DNA of 64,000 nt from Camelus dromedarius. Its lineage: Eukaryota. Location: contig NC_087437.1 of the NCBI RefSeq assembly GCF_036321535.1, positions 23,934,001 to 23,998,000 on the forward strand, in the 5' to 3' direction. Every line of letters starts with the position of its first letter. The stretch's first letter is position 1. Made by a program: the position numbers and the translations under genes. Below are positions 1-13,981 of the stretch, piece after piece. The notes below the pieces were generated by a model. The model was not told where the DNA came from. It saw only the letters and a program-made list of their open reading frames with translations, and did not search any database.

Positions 1-323
1 GGGATATGTTCCCAACAGGGATACAGGAAAGATGTAATTTAGATGATTCTAAACTATATGTATTTGCTTTATGCCATAAGAACTGTAATGCCACATCAAT
101 CAAATTTTTGTGGTATGTTTTAAAAAAATTTTTGGACTTAGTATTGCTGGAATTATGAGTTATTATTGCCAGGTACAATATGGACTTACTACATTATTTC
201 ACAAGTATATTATTTTCTAAATTTATTTCAGACATATATTATGATTTGAACTTTAAAAAAATTGAATTATGTTGCAAAAAATCAGGACCTAAGTGAAAAC
301 TTCCTTTGTTTTGTCAATCATAC

Positions 324-485
324 CTCAAAATCCACATCGCCAAAACAGCCACATGTCGCACAAGGACCAACAATTTTCAAAATATCTTCTTTGTTTGCAT
401 TTTGAATTGTGAATTTAGGCAGAAAGGGGTCCCACTTCTGTGCAACATAACCAACTATAGTACCAGGAGGGGCTTGGATTTCTAA
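324..485 (-). CDS. PLSCR5: PLSCR5 coding exon 5 (LEIQAPPGTIVGYVAQKWDPFLPKFTIQNANKEDILKIVGPCATCGCFGDVDFE); gene continues beyond window start
   Basis: 162-nt phase-0 exon translated by hand; acceptor TTACAG|, donor |GTATGA. Confidence 0.98.
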
Positions 486-1109
486 CTGTAAGAAGAGATA
501 ATAATAAAGTAAGATTTTCTAAGGTTATTGTATTTTAATTTTACTATAGTGTCAAATTCTAAACAGGATACTATTATGAAATTATTTTTGTACTCTACAA
601 AATAGACTAAATATCTGCTTCTACGTTCTGGTTTTTTCATGATTTATAGAAACAAAGATATGCACTGTATCGATACAAGTTCAGTATTGTGTGCTAAAAG
701 TCCACGTCTTTGATCTTACTTTCCTAAGGAGAACTTATCCCAGAGCTGTCTTCTGATGCTGGGACACTAGCTTTGCCATTTTTGTTCCAAGTACAATAGC
801 TGGTTGAGCATTGAAGCTATTTCCTATAAGGTACTTCATATCCACTCCCTTTCTGTTGTTGTTGAAACACATATCTAATTTTAATCCTCACTTACCAATT
901 ATTAAGCATTCATGATTTTTTTTCTCTTCAGATTGTCAACTTCTAGCCTTTCTGTGTTCAATAAAAAACAAATGCTTCTTGCAGAGTTACAGTCATTACA
1001 CACCAATTTGATTTCTGTTTCACTTCGTCCAAAGTGTTAAAGAGTAACAATTGCATTTCCAGGCCTGAGTTCAGTATTTTGCCCCATTACCCTTCATTCC
1101 CCTAATTTC

Positions 1110-1964
1110 TTTTTTTTTTATTTGAAGTACGGTTGATTTACAATGTTGTGTTAGCTTCTGGTGTACAGCATATTGGTTCTGATATACATATATACTTTTT
1201 CATTATAGGTTATTTTAGGATATTGAACATAGTTCCCTGTGCTATACAGTAGGAACTTGTTGTTTATCTATTTTATATATAGTAGTTTGTATCTGCTAAT
1301 CCAAAACTCCTAATTTATCCCTCCCCACCTCTTTACCCTTTGGTAACCATAATTTTGTTTTCTACTTCTGTGAGTCTGTTTCTGTTTTGTAAATAAGTTC
1401 ATTTGTATCATTTTTTTAGATTCCCCAGTAAGTAGTATCATATAATACATGTGTCTTTCTCCTTCTAACTTACTTCACTTAGTATGATAATTGCTAGGTC
1501 CATCCATGTTGCTGCAAATGGCATTATTTCACTCTTTTTATGGCTGAGTAGTATTTCATTTTATATATATATAAATATACCACTACTTCTTTATCCAATC
1601 ATCTGTCAATGGACATCTAGTTTTCTTCCATATCTTAGCTATTGTAAATAGTGCTGCTATGAACATTGGGGTGCATATATCTTTCTGAATTGGAGTTTTC
1701 TCTGAATATATGCCCAGGAGTGGGATTTCTGTATCATAAAGTAACTCTATTTTTAGTTTTTTAAGAAATCTCCGTATTGTTTTCCACAGTGACTGCACTA
1801 AACTACATTTCCACCATCAGTATAGGAGGGTTCCCCTTTCTCCATACCCTCTCCAGCATTCATTGTTTGTGAACTTTTTAATGATGGCCATTCTGACCAG
1901 TGTGAGGTGTTATCTCATTATAGTTTTGATTTGCACTTCTCAGATAATTTAGGATGTTAAGCAT
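1110..1964 (-). mobile_element. 5'-truncated LINE-1 (ORF2 C-terminus, 3'UTR, polyA) in PLSCR5 intron 4
   Basis: ORF 1583-1798 resembles the L1 ORF2 C-terminus (CTPMFIAALFTIAKIW); polyT at ~1110; degenerate TSD tcccc(t)aatt(t/c)cttt. Confidence 0.93.
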
Positions 1965-2624
1965 CCCCAATTCCTTTATTGTCCATCATATTGTATGTCA
2001 AAATATTTGTGTAGCCAAATCAAATACTTTATAAAATAACCTAGAGGTGGGTGAAAATAATAAAAAATGTTTGCTTTTAAATCAAACCAGTTCTCCATCA
2101 TCTGATCTCCTGTAGTCTTTTCTTATTTATTAAAGTTCATAGTCTTATGTGCATGTCCGTAGTATCCTTGGATAGACAAAGGTGGTTTCAACCAGACTGC
2201 TTAGAATTATATGGATTTGTTCTGGGATCACTTTTAAGGTAATTGATTTGATTTTGACCAAATTAAAAAATACTAGTCAGTGTTAGGATACCTCTTATAT
2301 TTAATTTATATGACACTGGGCTACCTTGAAATAAAACGTCAATTATCAGAAATTTTCAAAGGGGCATATATTCTGGACTATACTGATTATAGTCTCTTGA
2401 GGCATATTAGATCTTGGGTATCCTCAGGAGGAGGAAGAAAATTCTTGGGCTCCATGTGTGAGTACCTTAGCCATCCTGTCACTTAGCCAGGGAAGTGCCT
2501 ATAAATAGTTGAAAAACTAGCTTCAGTATATACTGTTAGCAACTTCCCTAATTAATCTCCTTCCATATTAATATTTATTTCCCATTGTGCTAAGTAGAAT
2601 ATTTATACATAAGTCCTCAACAGA

Positions 2625-2800
2625 GAAACTTGGGCTTGAATAAGGACGCCTGGATCAAGTCCCATGTATGATCATTCCTAGATGTGTGATCATAGGTAAG
2701 TCACCACTGCTCTCTAAGCCCCAGTTTCCTCAGCTGAAAAATGCGAACAGTAAAACCTGTTCTAACTCATAGAGGTGCCATGATATCAGTGACATCAAAG
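2625..2800 (+). mobile_element. MIR SINE fragment
   Basis: MIR core-like tgtgtgatcataggtaagtcac...ctctctaagccccagtttcctcagctgaaaaatg. Confidence 0.75.
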
Positions 2801-3395
2801 TAAACGCCCCATATCAACTTAACTGCATTTTGTCAATGAAAGTTATCATATTAAACAGTGATGAAAATCCATTATATATTAAAATAAAATAATTAAATGA
2901 TTCTCTCCAGAACAATAACATAGTCTTTGCTAAGCCTTGAAGTTTATCGTAAATGGTGAAGGGAATGTGAGATTCTGTTATCAAAAATAATATCCAATCC
3001 AGAGAATATCTTAGAAGAGTTTAGTATCACTCAGCACTTCCTGAACTTTGCCTCAGTAAGAGAAGACAAAGGGTAGATTTGCTTAGTGGTAGAACTCAGA
3101 GATACAATTATGTGGCTAGAATAGAAATTCAGGAGGATGTGTCTTGTTTACACAGGGCATGAGCTGTCTTCACCAATTAACATCACGGAAGCCACTCTAG
3201 TCTTTGGTTGGAAAGGAAAAAATTTTAGTGAATCACCAACTCCTTAAACTGTTCTGATCCTAAAGGAGCAATGTATTAATTCAACCAGTTGAAAGGTTAA
3301 TTGCTCCATATCTCCAGATGAATGCCATTTATTAAAGAATTGCTGAACTTTCCAAACGTGTAGAAATAAAAGCATGCCCAGAGCCGATGACTAAC

Positions 3396-3616
3396 CTCTT
3401 GTAGGTAGCAAGGGCACCAGCAGCTGTTACACCTCAAGGGCCTGTTGACTGTGATGACCTCTCGGCCTGAGTTGTCGGTGATCTTCAGTGTGCAAGAGCG
3501 CAGCGTAGAGCAGAAAGCACGGTTGAAGCAGATGCTTTCCTCCACTGCAAAGTAAATTCTTTGTCCTAAGCTGTTTTTAATCTCGTATTTGTTGCAGGTC
3601 TCAGTGCCAAGTATCA
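3396..3616 (-). CDS. PLSCR5: PLSCR5 coding exon 4 (MILGTETCNKYEIKNSLGQRIYFAVEES...RPLRCNSCWCPCYLQE)
   Basis: Polypyrimidine tract + TAG acceptor, GTTAGT donor; 221 nt; scramblase core with the Cys-rich motif CNSCWCPC (a palmitoylation motif in PLSCR1). Confidence 0.98.
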
Positions 3617-4673
3617 CTAATGGAGGAAAACAAGAAAAAAAAAATTAAAAACCACCAATTATCAAAATAATACTTCTGCTTAGTATCAAATCTTTATACG
3701 AGTAAAATGGGCAGTGTTATTAAAAGAAAACAGAGTGACTTATCAGTTACTAAGTATTTGGTATCTTCTTCACATCAATCTACTTCCATGCTCTAAATTT
3801 TGAGAATTTAGACATAGAAATCAAGGTAAACTCTGAGAACAAAGCTATGCAATTAATAAATTTTGACTCCAGATGTATGACCTACTTGGAAACATGTGGT
3901 AACACTTTTTAATTAGGGAAGCAATGCTACAAATTAGAATCTAACACTCAAATAATAGTTCTATCATGTATATCACTTATATATTTAATTAACATTATAG
4001 GTTTAGTATATTATTGATTATTAAATCTATCAATATAGCCATATCTATGGAATTTACTGGGACAACTCATAGAGTAATGATTTTGTCTAAAATCTCTATT
4101 TGGTACTATATTTACAGATGCATGCTATCTATTTATTACAATTTTGATATATCTTAGGAATAACATAAAATATTAAGGATAAAAAACTCTTGAATAATTT
4201 GAATTCAGTTAGTCATCATTGTAAATGTGTGTATTGTTAAATGATTTGCCTATTTAATGAGTCACTGACAATATGATAAAACAGTAAATTGTTTTGATGA
4301 GTTTTTGCTAGTCTCAACCTTGACTTCTATGTCTGAAATTATTAAGAAAATTTAAATTATTAGCAGCCATGGAAATGATCAAATATCTTTTATTACCTTA
4401 AAACTGAAAAATAATGTTAGATTCCTAGTGACAATATCATCAAAGACTTAGAAAGTTTAATGCTTTTAGATTTATCTATATCAGACTAAATATATTGAAG
4501 TATATATTGAAATATATAATTCAATATTTATTTTAAAAAAGAGACCTCTTTTTGATCCAATTCTAGCCTAAACATTTAACTTTATTGTTTATAAAATATT
4601 TAGATGTAGAGAAACTTCTGCAACTTAAAATGTTTTTGACAGTTTTAATAATTACAAAATATAATATACTTAC

Positions 4674-4716
4674 TTCCAAGAAGTTCCACCTGCTGGTGTA
4701 TAATTATCAGGTCTAA
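4674..4716 (-). CDS. PLSCR5: PLSCR5 coding exon 3 (LDLIIIHQQVELLG + 1 nt)
   Basis: 43-nt exon missing from the ORF track; acceptor TAACAG|, donor |GTAAGT; frame continuous with exons 2 and 4. Confidence 0.96.
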
Positions 4717-6254
4717 CTGTTAAAGGATGACATAAAGGAAATAAAAGGTGTTACATCACAGTTCTTTGAAAACCTTTGCAGCTATTAACCTGTTTACTAG
4801 ACTACATGAAGTTAGGTGATTTCCATGTTCTCTATTAAAGAATGATTGAAAACTGCTCACATTTTATAATGAAAAAGAAGATAATATGATTTTTATTCAA
4901 GTAAAAATTTTTAAAAAGTACAAGAACCCTGAAAATTTCAAGACAGAATTGCCCAGAATAAGAACAGAAACTGTGGTTAGCTCTGTGTTTTTTCTGTTGT
5001 AATGCGATAAAAGAGCAGCTCTTGGAAACAATATCTTTGCAGATATTTTAAAACAATCTCTGAATAAGAATGCCTGTAAGGTTTTAGATCTCTCTCTCTC
5101 TTTTTAAGAAATGAAACAGTAACAACAAAAGACAACAATGATCTGATGCCTAGCTTCTCTCAGCCCTACCTAGCTCCGCTTTCACTATGTCACGCAGTAA
5201 CTCGCTGCTCACGGTGATGAGCTGTCTTTGTTAAATCTGAAAAAGGCTAGACTTTAAATTTTTCTCCTTCACACCTTCCTTTGGACTGCAAAAAACAAAC
5301 AAAACAAAAAACAACAACAAAACCCCCCAGAAACCCTGCTCATGCCAACAAAATTCCAGTTTAAGCAGAATAAGAGTTAAGCCACTAAATGCATGATGTA
5401 TTAAAATTTACCTGTGTAATTAGAAATAAAATCAATTTACAGAGATAAAGTATCCACAGACAGTTGAGAAATGACTATATTAAAAAAGTATAGAATACAA
5501 ATTGTCTTTTAAAGGGACTATTTAAAATATGTTCTTAGAATGAATTTTGTTTGTGTAGATTTTAGTTTTGATATTTAGTTCTTAAAGATTCACTAAGATG
5601 AAATCATGAACACTGAACACAGTGCTGATTATTGTCTTTTTTAATGCTTCATTTTCTGTTTTGCCTTAAAATTTTCTTCACTTTATTCTCCCTTCACAAA
5701 TAATAAATTCACTGGTAACTGGTAAAGGGAAGTAGTCATTACCAATATTTGGTATTGGTTAAGCATCACAAACCCTGAAAATATGGTTACCTTATTTCCT
5801 TCATTTATATTATTTCTTCATGGTATCATTTCTTCTATATAAGTCATTATTGATAAAACTGTGCATGTAGCCTCCTTTTTAAGATTCACAAAAAAATTTT
5901 TTTTTCAAAAGTAATTTACGATTTAAGATATTCTAAAACATATTTTAACAACCATGACAAAGGCTTTTTAAAAAAAGTTAGAATTGGTCTTTTGTAGTGT
6001 AGTGTTGTTAGCTCTGTTCTCCTCTTTTGAGGAAAAGGGAGAGTCAAGAGAAAAGAGGAGTAGTAAGCTTCAATAAGGACTTCCACGATTTTTAGCCATG
6101 GATCCATGTGGGAGTAACTTAGGGATGGAGAAGAAATATGGGGGCGAAACTCAGGTTTCAGTTGAGGAACTTTGAATATTTGTATCATGGATCAAGATTC
6201 CATCTTGAAATTTAGAGACTATTAGTTGAAAAGAGAAATTGTACCTTTCTAATA

Positions 6255-6490
6255 TCTAACAATAGAGGCTGTTTACTGAGGTAGTCACTGTGCTAGGTAT
6301 TTTGACGGTGTCTGATTTAATCCTCACACACACTCAGAGAGTTAGGTATCATTACATTTAGTGTGTGAGGAGACAATCCCAGAGAGAGAAAGAAGTTTGC
6401 TTAAGATCACAGAGCCTGTAAATGGTTAGGCTGGGATTTGACCCAGGCAGGGATGCCACCGACTTTGACATGCTTTCTGCTCTGCTGTAC
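6255..6490 (-). mobile_element. MIR SINE
   Basis: tttaatcctcac...tttgcttaagatcacagagc...gctgggatttgacccaggcag resembles antisense MIR. Confidence 0.8.
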
Positions 6491-9104
6491 CAGCATCACT
6501 AAAGTAACCTTAGGACCTGGGAGAAACAATTCTTAAGTGATGCTATGGGACTTTGAGTACCTTGCCTCCCTATTTACTCTCAAACTCACCCATCCTCTGT
6601 AATAACATTTGATTTGCTCTCTCTGTGTGGGAAAACCTCCTGGATTTGAGGGTCTTGTTTTTGGTTATTTTTGTAATTTCCTTTGAGTCCCCCTGGGTCA
6701 CTTCTAAACCATGGTCCAAAAGAGCCCTTTTCATCTTTTGCTATTAATTGATGGACTAGGAATTTTTGGAAACTTTAAATAGACTGCATCATGTATTTGA
6801 GCATTAGGGCAACTGAAGCCCTCCTCAAGTACGAAAGCTGTAGAATGGACACCTAATGACAGCCTTGAATATGTAGCCAAGAATCAATTCTTATATATAA
6901 TTTATCAGGTTTACAAGTGTCAGTGATTCCATTTAATATAAGTACTTAAAAATAAATGAGGTCTTTACATGTGTCTTTGTAGATTTTAACTCAAAACTCT
7001 CCCCTATAGGTGACTAAGTTATAATCGTTATCCTTTGATGCTTATGAGATAAAATGTTATTGACTATTATGAATATGTTAATCCAATCTGGAAAGAGAAT
7101 GTATTGGTTTTATTCTTAGGCTTAACCTACATGAACAACATATATGTATACACATATACATATGTGTATGTATATATATGTATACACAAACACCTCCCTC
7201 CCCTCACCTAGGGGTTTATTTTCAAATTGTTAATGGGAACACAATTTTCAATAGTCATTGGATAGTCTTGATTAAAAGAGAATAATTCAAAAAAATTTTA
7301 CATTGTTTTTTTAATTTAGAAGGATATTTATTGAATAATTTTGTGTTTGTATATTGAAGCATATACTATTTTCACATGCTCATAATTTTATTTAATCTTG
7401 TGGGATTTTAGATAAAAGTTAGCACACAGAATTCTTTATATATGTTTCTTACAAACAAGTAGAATTAAACTTCAAAAGGCTCATTCATCCTGTTCTGTAT
7501 GCACCACTTTAAAGCAAGTAAGTGTTCTGTTAGTATGAAGATTGTAAATTGTCTCCCTTTGAAGTAAAATAGTCACCAATTTTGTGGCATATTTTTGTTT
7601 CCTGAAAAAAAAAAAGATTACCAAAGGTATATTTTTGGAAAATTGACTTCATTTTAGAACGGAAGCCAATGGGTTCATATCTCTATCTACCGAATGTGAA
7701 AAACATGTATTTGTGTCAAGCATCTGGCTCCTGGTGTGTCATCATTCATGGATGGAAGAAGAATATGTGATGACCATATGTGGTTATCAAACCTCAGCCC
7801 TCTGGCACTGGTATATCACTTTTATACTTGGCAAAACCTTGTCTGACAACAGTCCCAAACAGCTTGCAGCAGTTAATCAACTCTAGTCAGCTATTACAGC
7901 TGATCCTTTCTGCAGATGGAAGATGGTAGGTTAGCTTTTCCAGCTCTTTTACATATCTCCCTGAGCTCTCCAGTCTCTAAAGTACATTTGTCTGCCAGTG
8001 GGTTTCTGGAGACGGCATCTGCAATTATAAACATTTTCCCAGGAACATATGCTGCATGCAGCTTAAACCCTATCAGGCATAACCAAAATCTCTTGTACCT
8101 TCAGGGAATTAACACAGAGATTTGATTTTGATAAAGGAGATAGACTTTATAGTTTGAAAGAATGCCAAACAAGCTGAAAATTGCAGCAGATGTGCTGACA
8201 TCTCAATATTAGTGTAAGTGTGTTTCTAATCTTTTGTAGGATAAATACAAAAGCAACAAGAATGTACGTAACTATCGGTTGCTTTTTATGTGCCCTAGAA
8301 TTCAGATGATGATATTTCTTGATTATTTATTATAAGGCTTGAATCATCGCTTACCCTCTAAGGAACCGAACAGTGGCTGGATCTAATAATAATAACTATC
8401 TTCTGAGCAAATTGGCCCGGAGATGCAACAGTATAAGGAGACAATAATGCTACCTTGATAACTGGCTTTCTCTTGGATTTCCAACCACATTTTGAGATTC
8501 AGCTGACGATGATGAACTGTACTCATTGCAGAAGTCTCTCCTGAGTACTTTGATCCTTAACAACCTTGCTCTACTCTGTACACCTGCACAAATTAAAACT
8601 GTGTGCTCATCTGGCTCTCATACCCAGCCTCGCACTTTTTGTCAACATTTTTTGTCTTTGCCTGTGAGGTTGCAGAATGTTTGGGTGAGAAGGACTAGGT
8701 TTTATGCCATTTATATACCTTGATTGTAGCAGGTACTCAATAAATATTCTTTAATAGCTGTAGGTGACTAGACATTTTAGACAATTCCTCCAGGATAAAT
8801 TTGCTGACACCTTGAGCAATGAGCAGAAGAGGGATGCATGTGCTAAACAGCTCAATCAAAAAGGTTTAGTCTCCTCACTCTGTCGAATAAATAAGGCAAA
8901 TAGAAATGGTCATATAGGAACACATAAGCTTCTTCTCAATCAATGGAAATAAGTAAAATACACATTTTAGAATTTCATGATTTATAATGCTTTTCTGACC
9001 TCAGTAAGTTATTTGTTGAAGTTCTTCAATCTTGATCAAAAGGCAAGAAACCACAGTTGTATTCATTTTAAGGGGAAACAGTTCATAGAAATAGAGAAAG
9101 TCAC

Positions 9105-9265
9105 CTGGCTTAAATATTCCAGACCAGGAGGGAGACTGCCTGGTGGAGGGAGACCCGGCTGCCACACTAAGTTCCCTGAATTGGACGGTGAGACGTGAAC
9201 GCCATGGTCTGGGTCTGGAGCTCCGGGAAGAAAACTGGGCAGACCTCTTCTCTGGTTCTGTGCAT
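9105..9265 (-). CDS. PLSCR5: PLSCR5 coding exon 2 (DAQNQRRGLPSFLPGAPDPD...SLPPGLEYLSQ), Pro-rich N-terminus
   Basis: Acceptor TTGCAG|, donor |GTGACT; 161 nt; contains the scramblase hallmark PPGLEYL. Confidence 0.96.
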
Positions 9266-9740
9266 CTGCAACAGAATGAAAATCCCAGCCCATATTTAAA
9301 GTTAGGCCATTTTATTTAGTTTGTCTTATAATCTTTGTTACTTCTTAATTCCGACGGTAGGATGTCTGCTGCTGCCTTTCCCTTTAGTGCCCTTTCCTTC
9401 AGAGCAAGGAAGAGGAATGTGGAAGACTACCAGAGGTGGTTGTGAGAAAAAGTTGGGTAACTTGGGCAAAATACATGATTTTAAAAAGATACATTTTTTT
9501 GAAGGCAAGTTAAACTTCTATTCAAAGAGCTGGAAGATTATAAACCACAAAAGGAAAAGTGATGGTAAAAGAAACTAGACATTCTCCACTCATAAAAGGA
9601 GAGCCTTAGAAATCGGTTCTGAATCATAAGTATGACTTTCAAGCTTTTCCTCCCTTCCTCAAGTATTATGAAGGTGCCTTATATTTCCAAGGAGATTTTC
9701 TCTCTTTTTATCAATCATGCTGCTAAGGCTATGTTTAATT

Positions 9741-9929
9741 CAGTGGTTCTTAACTTTAGCCTGCACCAGAACCACCTAGAGGGCTTGTTAAAACGCACAG
9801 GCTGGGCCCACTCCAGACTGGCTGGCTCAGTGGTTGCGGTGGGGGTGGGGCTAGAGAATTTGCATTTCTAATAAGTTCCCAGGTAAACTAATGCTGCTGG
9901 TCTGACGATATATCCTTTGAGAACTAATG
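9741..9929. mobile_element. MER5A-type hAT-Charlie MITE
   Basis: cagtggttctta...gagaatttgcatttctaataagttcccagg...gagaactaatg; perfect 8-bp TSD gtttaatt at 9733-9740 and 9930-9937. Confidence 0.9.
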
Positions 9930-11379
9930 GTTTAATTCTATATATACTATAAGATTCTTATAACTAATGTATTAGTTTCTTAAGAGCAGTGTAATATCTA
10001 ATTTAACTTTGATTTCTCAGTATTTGGTATAGAAGCACCCTCAAAATTTTGACAGTATGAAATCCTTTGTAGCTCATTCAACATTACAACTTTATTATTA
10101 TGCATAAGCTCTGATGTGTGGTGCATGCGAAAGTCTTCTTTGTTAAAAATATACTTTACGGCTTTTCTACTATTATTTTTCCTGTTTCTTTTTTCACATG
10201 ACTGCTATTTGGCTATCTCCCTCATTAGATACCAATATGCATATTTTTAAAAGACTATCACTGTTTTCACTTCTCATCTTTATTAAGCCAAATTATAAGA
10301 GTTCATATATGTGCATTCATTTGGTTTACACTTTGCTGTTTTAGATTGAGTGTAGGGGTGGAGCAAGGTTCCTGACAGGTGTTTTCAAATAGTAGAGGGA
10401 CTGTAATGAAGACAGGTAACTTGACTATTTTAAAGACATAAAAATGGGAGGGACAAGGAAACTGGTTCTGGATTAATATAAGGAAGAAATTTATAACAGC
10501 TGCACAAAGATTTGGATAGGGACTCACTGTATGTATATTAAAACTGGAGTGACATCTATATAATTCACAATAGATTAGAATGGTCTCTCTTCAGCACTGT
10601 CACCAAGTCCACACAATGTGTGTGTGGAGGGGGGGTAGGTGGGTGGTGGGGGTGGGTGGTATTCTTATGAATCTTTTAAACCTCTAAAATTAAATTTGAA
10701 GAAAGGACTGAATTTCTTTTGGAAATTATAAGTTTCCCTTCATTAAGAGAATTCAAGGATAGCCTGGATAAGCACGTGAAGAGGACTTTAAAAAAAACAA
10801 CTGGCGAAGAAACATAGGCATCCAAGGGGTGGGCCTTTGGACACTGACATAGACTATTTCTAGCAATGATAGGCTCAGTAAGGTCGTGTGTACGGGTGGT
10901 GTTAATGAGGGACACTAATTGCCAGATGATCTGTTTGCTTATTTAACCAGAAGGATGTAGGAATAGACGGAGATGGATCCCCAAGATGATACTGGTCTGA
11001 GATGTTTAGAATTTGGACATGCTTTAGGGGTAGGGCCACATGGAAACAAACTTGTCATTTGGCTCCACTAACACAGAGCTCTATACCGATGATAATACAA
11101 CAGTTTGCTTCCCCAAAGGCCCCCATCCTGAGCTTCTCTCAGATCTAGGCAGACATAAAGGGTATAGGCTTTAGAACTCCTCTTGCTCTTGAGAATGAGA
11201 CCCCAAGCGGTAAACTGAGAGGAAGACTATGTATCACCATGTCAGATTTAGGAGAGGAGCTAATGCCCACTAGGGCAATAACTGGAAAATAATACAAGGC
11301 AACAGACATCCTTTCTTTGGCATTAGTGCCAAAACCACTGCTGTCGTTGACTTTCAGAGAAACAAAGGCAAATTGTGAT

Positions 11380-11605
11380 CTAGGGAAAACTAGTTCATAA
11401 TGATGAAATAGTAGGCGTTCATCTTGGGAGTGGAGGTGCATGGCTATTGATCAAAAAGGGAACATTGTGAGGTACCAGAAATGTTCTGTGTCTTGATCTT
11501 CATGGTGGTTACATGAGTGCATCCTGATTTTAAGAATCATAGAACTTAAGTTTGGTGCCTTTTATGCACTTAACTGTCCACATGTAATCCTTTGATTAAA
11601 AAATA
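11380..11605 (+). mobile_element. Old L1 (L1MC/MD/ME-like) 3' end
   Basis: gaaatgttctgtgtcttgatcttcatggtggttacatgagtg motif followed by an A-rich end. Confidence 0.65.
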
Positions 11606-13981
11606 ATGGGTAGGGATTAATTTCTGATAATAGCTGATAGAAGATCATTAGATTCTCTCTCATTGTCAATTGTATTGTTAAAAAGATTAGCAAACTACTC
11701 CAGTTTAATCTTGTAAACTATTTTGCTGTGACAAAATGCATCCGGTAGGTTGTTGAGTTTCTGGAGGGTGGCTCTATATTCCTGACCGAGGTTTTTAGGT
11801 TGTTAGATTTCGCAGCAGGTCCAGAAGCATTAATGCACCAGGGCCGAGAGCAGAACATGCCCATTATCTTTAGTGGGAGCAGAGGCTCAGTCAGAGACTG
11901 CTGAGATCATTTCTCTTCTGGGGTTTCAGCTTACATCGGAGCAGCACTGCCTTTGAAGCTCTAAACTGAAGCTCCTGTTCAGTTTAGATCATCCTGGAAA
12001 CTCTTGTTTTTCTCAAACTTAAGAGACCAACCCATTCTTCAATTTATGTTTATTTATACTAAACCAGGGGACTTCCAGACCACACAAATACTTCTGTTCT
12101 AATGGCCTCCAGTCTCCTGGCTGATGTAGTGATGCTTACTGAACTGCCTACGAAATGTAAAATGTTGTTAGCCTGCATTCCCTGGGAAAACACTAAATGC
12201 CAGTGCAGACTCATGGGTCAGAGAGCATCATGATGTTATAAATAATGTCTTTAAATATCTTTGAATAAAACTCCACAAAAATATTTTCGGGAAATGATGA
12301 TATCCTGACTTGCCCCTCAAACCGGATGTCTAATTCCAAAGAAAACTTCATTTTTTTTACTTTTTTTTTTTTTTTAGAAAAGGGTCTCTAACAAATGTTT
12401 TACCCACTTCATCTGTTAAGTATTTTGAGTGGGTTGCAGAAAGAGTGTTAGTTTTCCACCTGAAGTTTTACCTCTAAGTTTTGTCTTGAGTCCTTGTGAT
12501 TACTGAGCATCGTAGCTTTTTTGGAAGATTAATCGTATTTTGATCATAATATTGCTTTCTAGTCACAAGTTTCTTCAAAGACTCAGACCACCAGATGAAG
12601 AAGGAACTCCTTTGAATTTCTATCTACTTTTTTAAAAATGTATAACCAGCTTATAAATATTTCACGTACTCTGCAACTCTTTACCTCACAGGCCACAGTT
12701 GTTGCTGTGGCTTTTAGAAAGCGATGAAGTGTTTTGGACTGAGTCTTAGTGTCAATCTTAAATGAAAGAAAGGACTTGTCAAGATTTTGTTTGTCTGTCT
12801 TCAGACAGAGAAATGAAGCACGTATATATTAAAATTCATGATTCTGATGTTTCATGTCTATATTTTACAATTTGTTTGCACTCTCCCAATGATACTCAGG
12901 GACTGGGGTACATTAAATGTTGACAAAAAATGAAAAGATTGCTTCCTTTGTTCCAAATTGAATAGCATCCAAAAAACAGAGTTTGATAAAGGAAACAAAT
13001 AAGTATACACATTTCTTTGAATGCATCATTAAGTTAATTCAGGATATTTTAAATCAGTGGGCTCTATTATCCTATTTGCAATTAGGTTAAAAGGTTTCCA
13101 CCAATTATACTAATCATAATTCTCCACATTAAAACTTTTCATTATAGCCTAGAGTTTAATGGTTTCTTCTGATAATGGAATGAAAACACATTATAATTTC
13201 ATTTTTATATAATTTCACAAGTGTTTTTAGTGAGATTGCAACCCATTATCTTAAAACAAGCACATCCCTAGTCTTTTGAGAAGTTCTTTAAAGTAACACT
13301 GATGATATTTACATAGTTTTAGGCATTTGAGGAAAACCTACCAGTTCCTCCTCGCAAAGTCTTTAATTAATCTGCTCACTTAAATTAGTTTCTGTTTGCT
13401 TTTTATATATAATTTACCATCAAAGAAATTTTGAAAGATTTTTTGCTAGTTCAGATGTGTTTACTTCTAGTCCGTTACATTTACTAGAATTTCTCCATAA
13501 CAATGTTGAATTCTCTATGATAAATGGCTGTATCACATATTTTAAACAACAAATGGGAAATTTAAGAATACTGAGCTATACTTTTACACATTTTAACTTA
13601 CATGTGAAAAGTTTTCTTCAAATGCCTTTAAACTTGAAATATCAACTTGTCTTTGTGTTTGACATTAAATATTTCTACTCTCAATTTTGCTATGCTGCTT
13701 TTCTTATTAAGTCACTAGGTGTATATTTATGGTAACGAAAACATTGTTTCGTTTCTTCACTGTTTCAAGTCTTCACTTTTACATTCTATCAGCTAGAGTG
13801 GTTTTCTTTAAAATTTAACACAACATGCTCCTTGGAGTTAAAATTCAAAAATTCCAGTGTTCAAAAGCACTAAGTGACAGGTTCTAAAGTATCAGTCTCA
13901 CTGATTAGAACATCCTTACAACTGTGTATTTTTAGCCATAATAAAAGCAAAATTTTTTTAGCTGCCTATATCCACTCTTAC

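Noticed and set aside
3297..3395. C-terminal extension of the exon 4 ORF (VSHRLW...)
   Set aside because: Intron read-through past a GT donor at 3395.
9266..9293. Alternative start MGWDFHSVA in frame with exon 2
   Set aside because: Lies in the acceptor region of intron 1; exon 1 supplies the expected MASK start.
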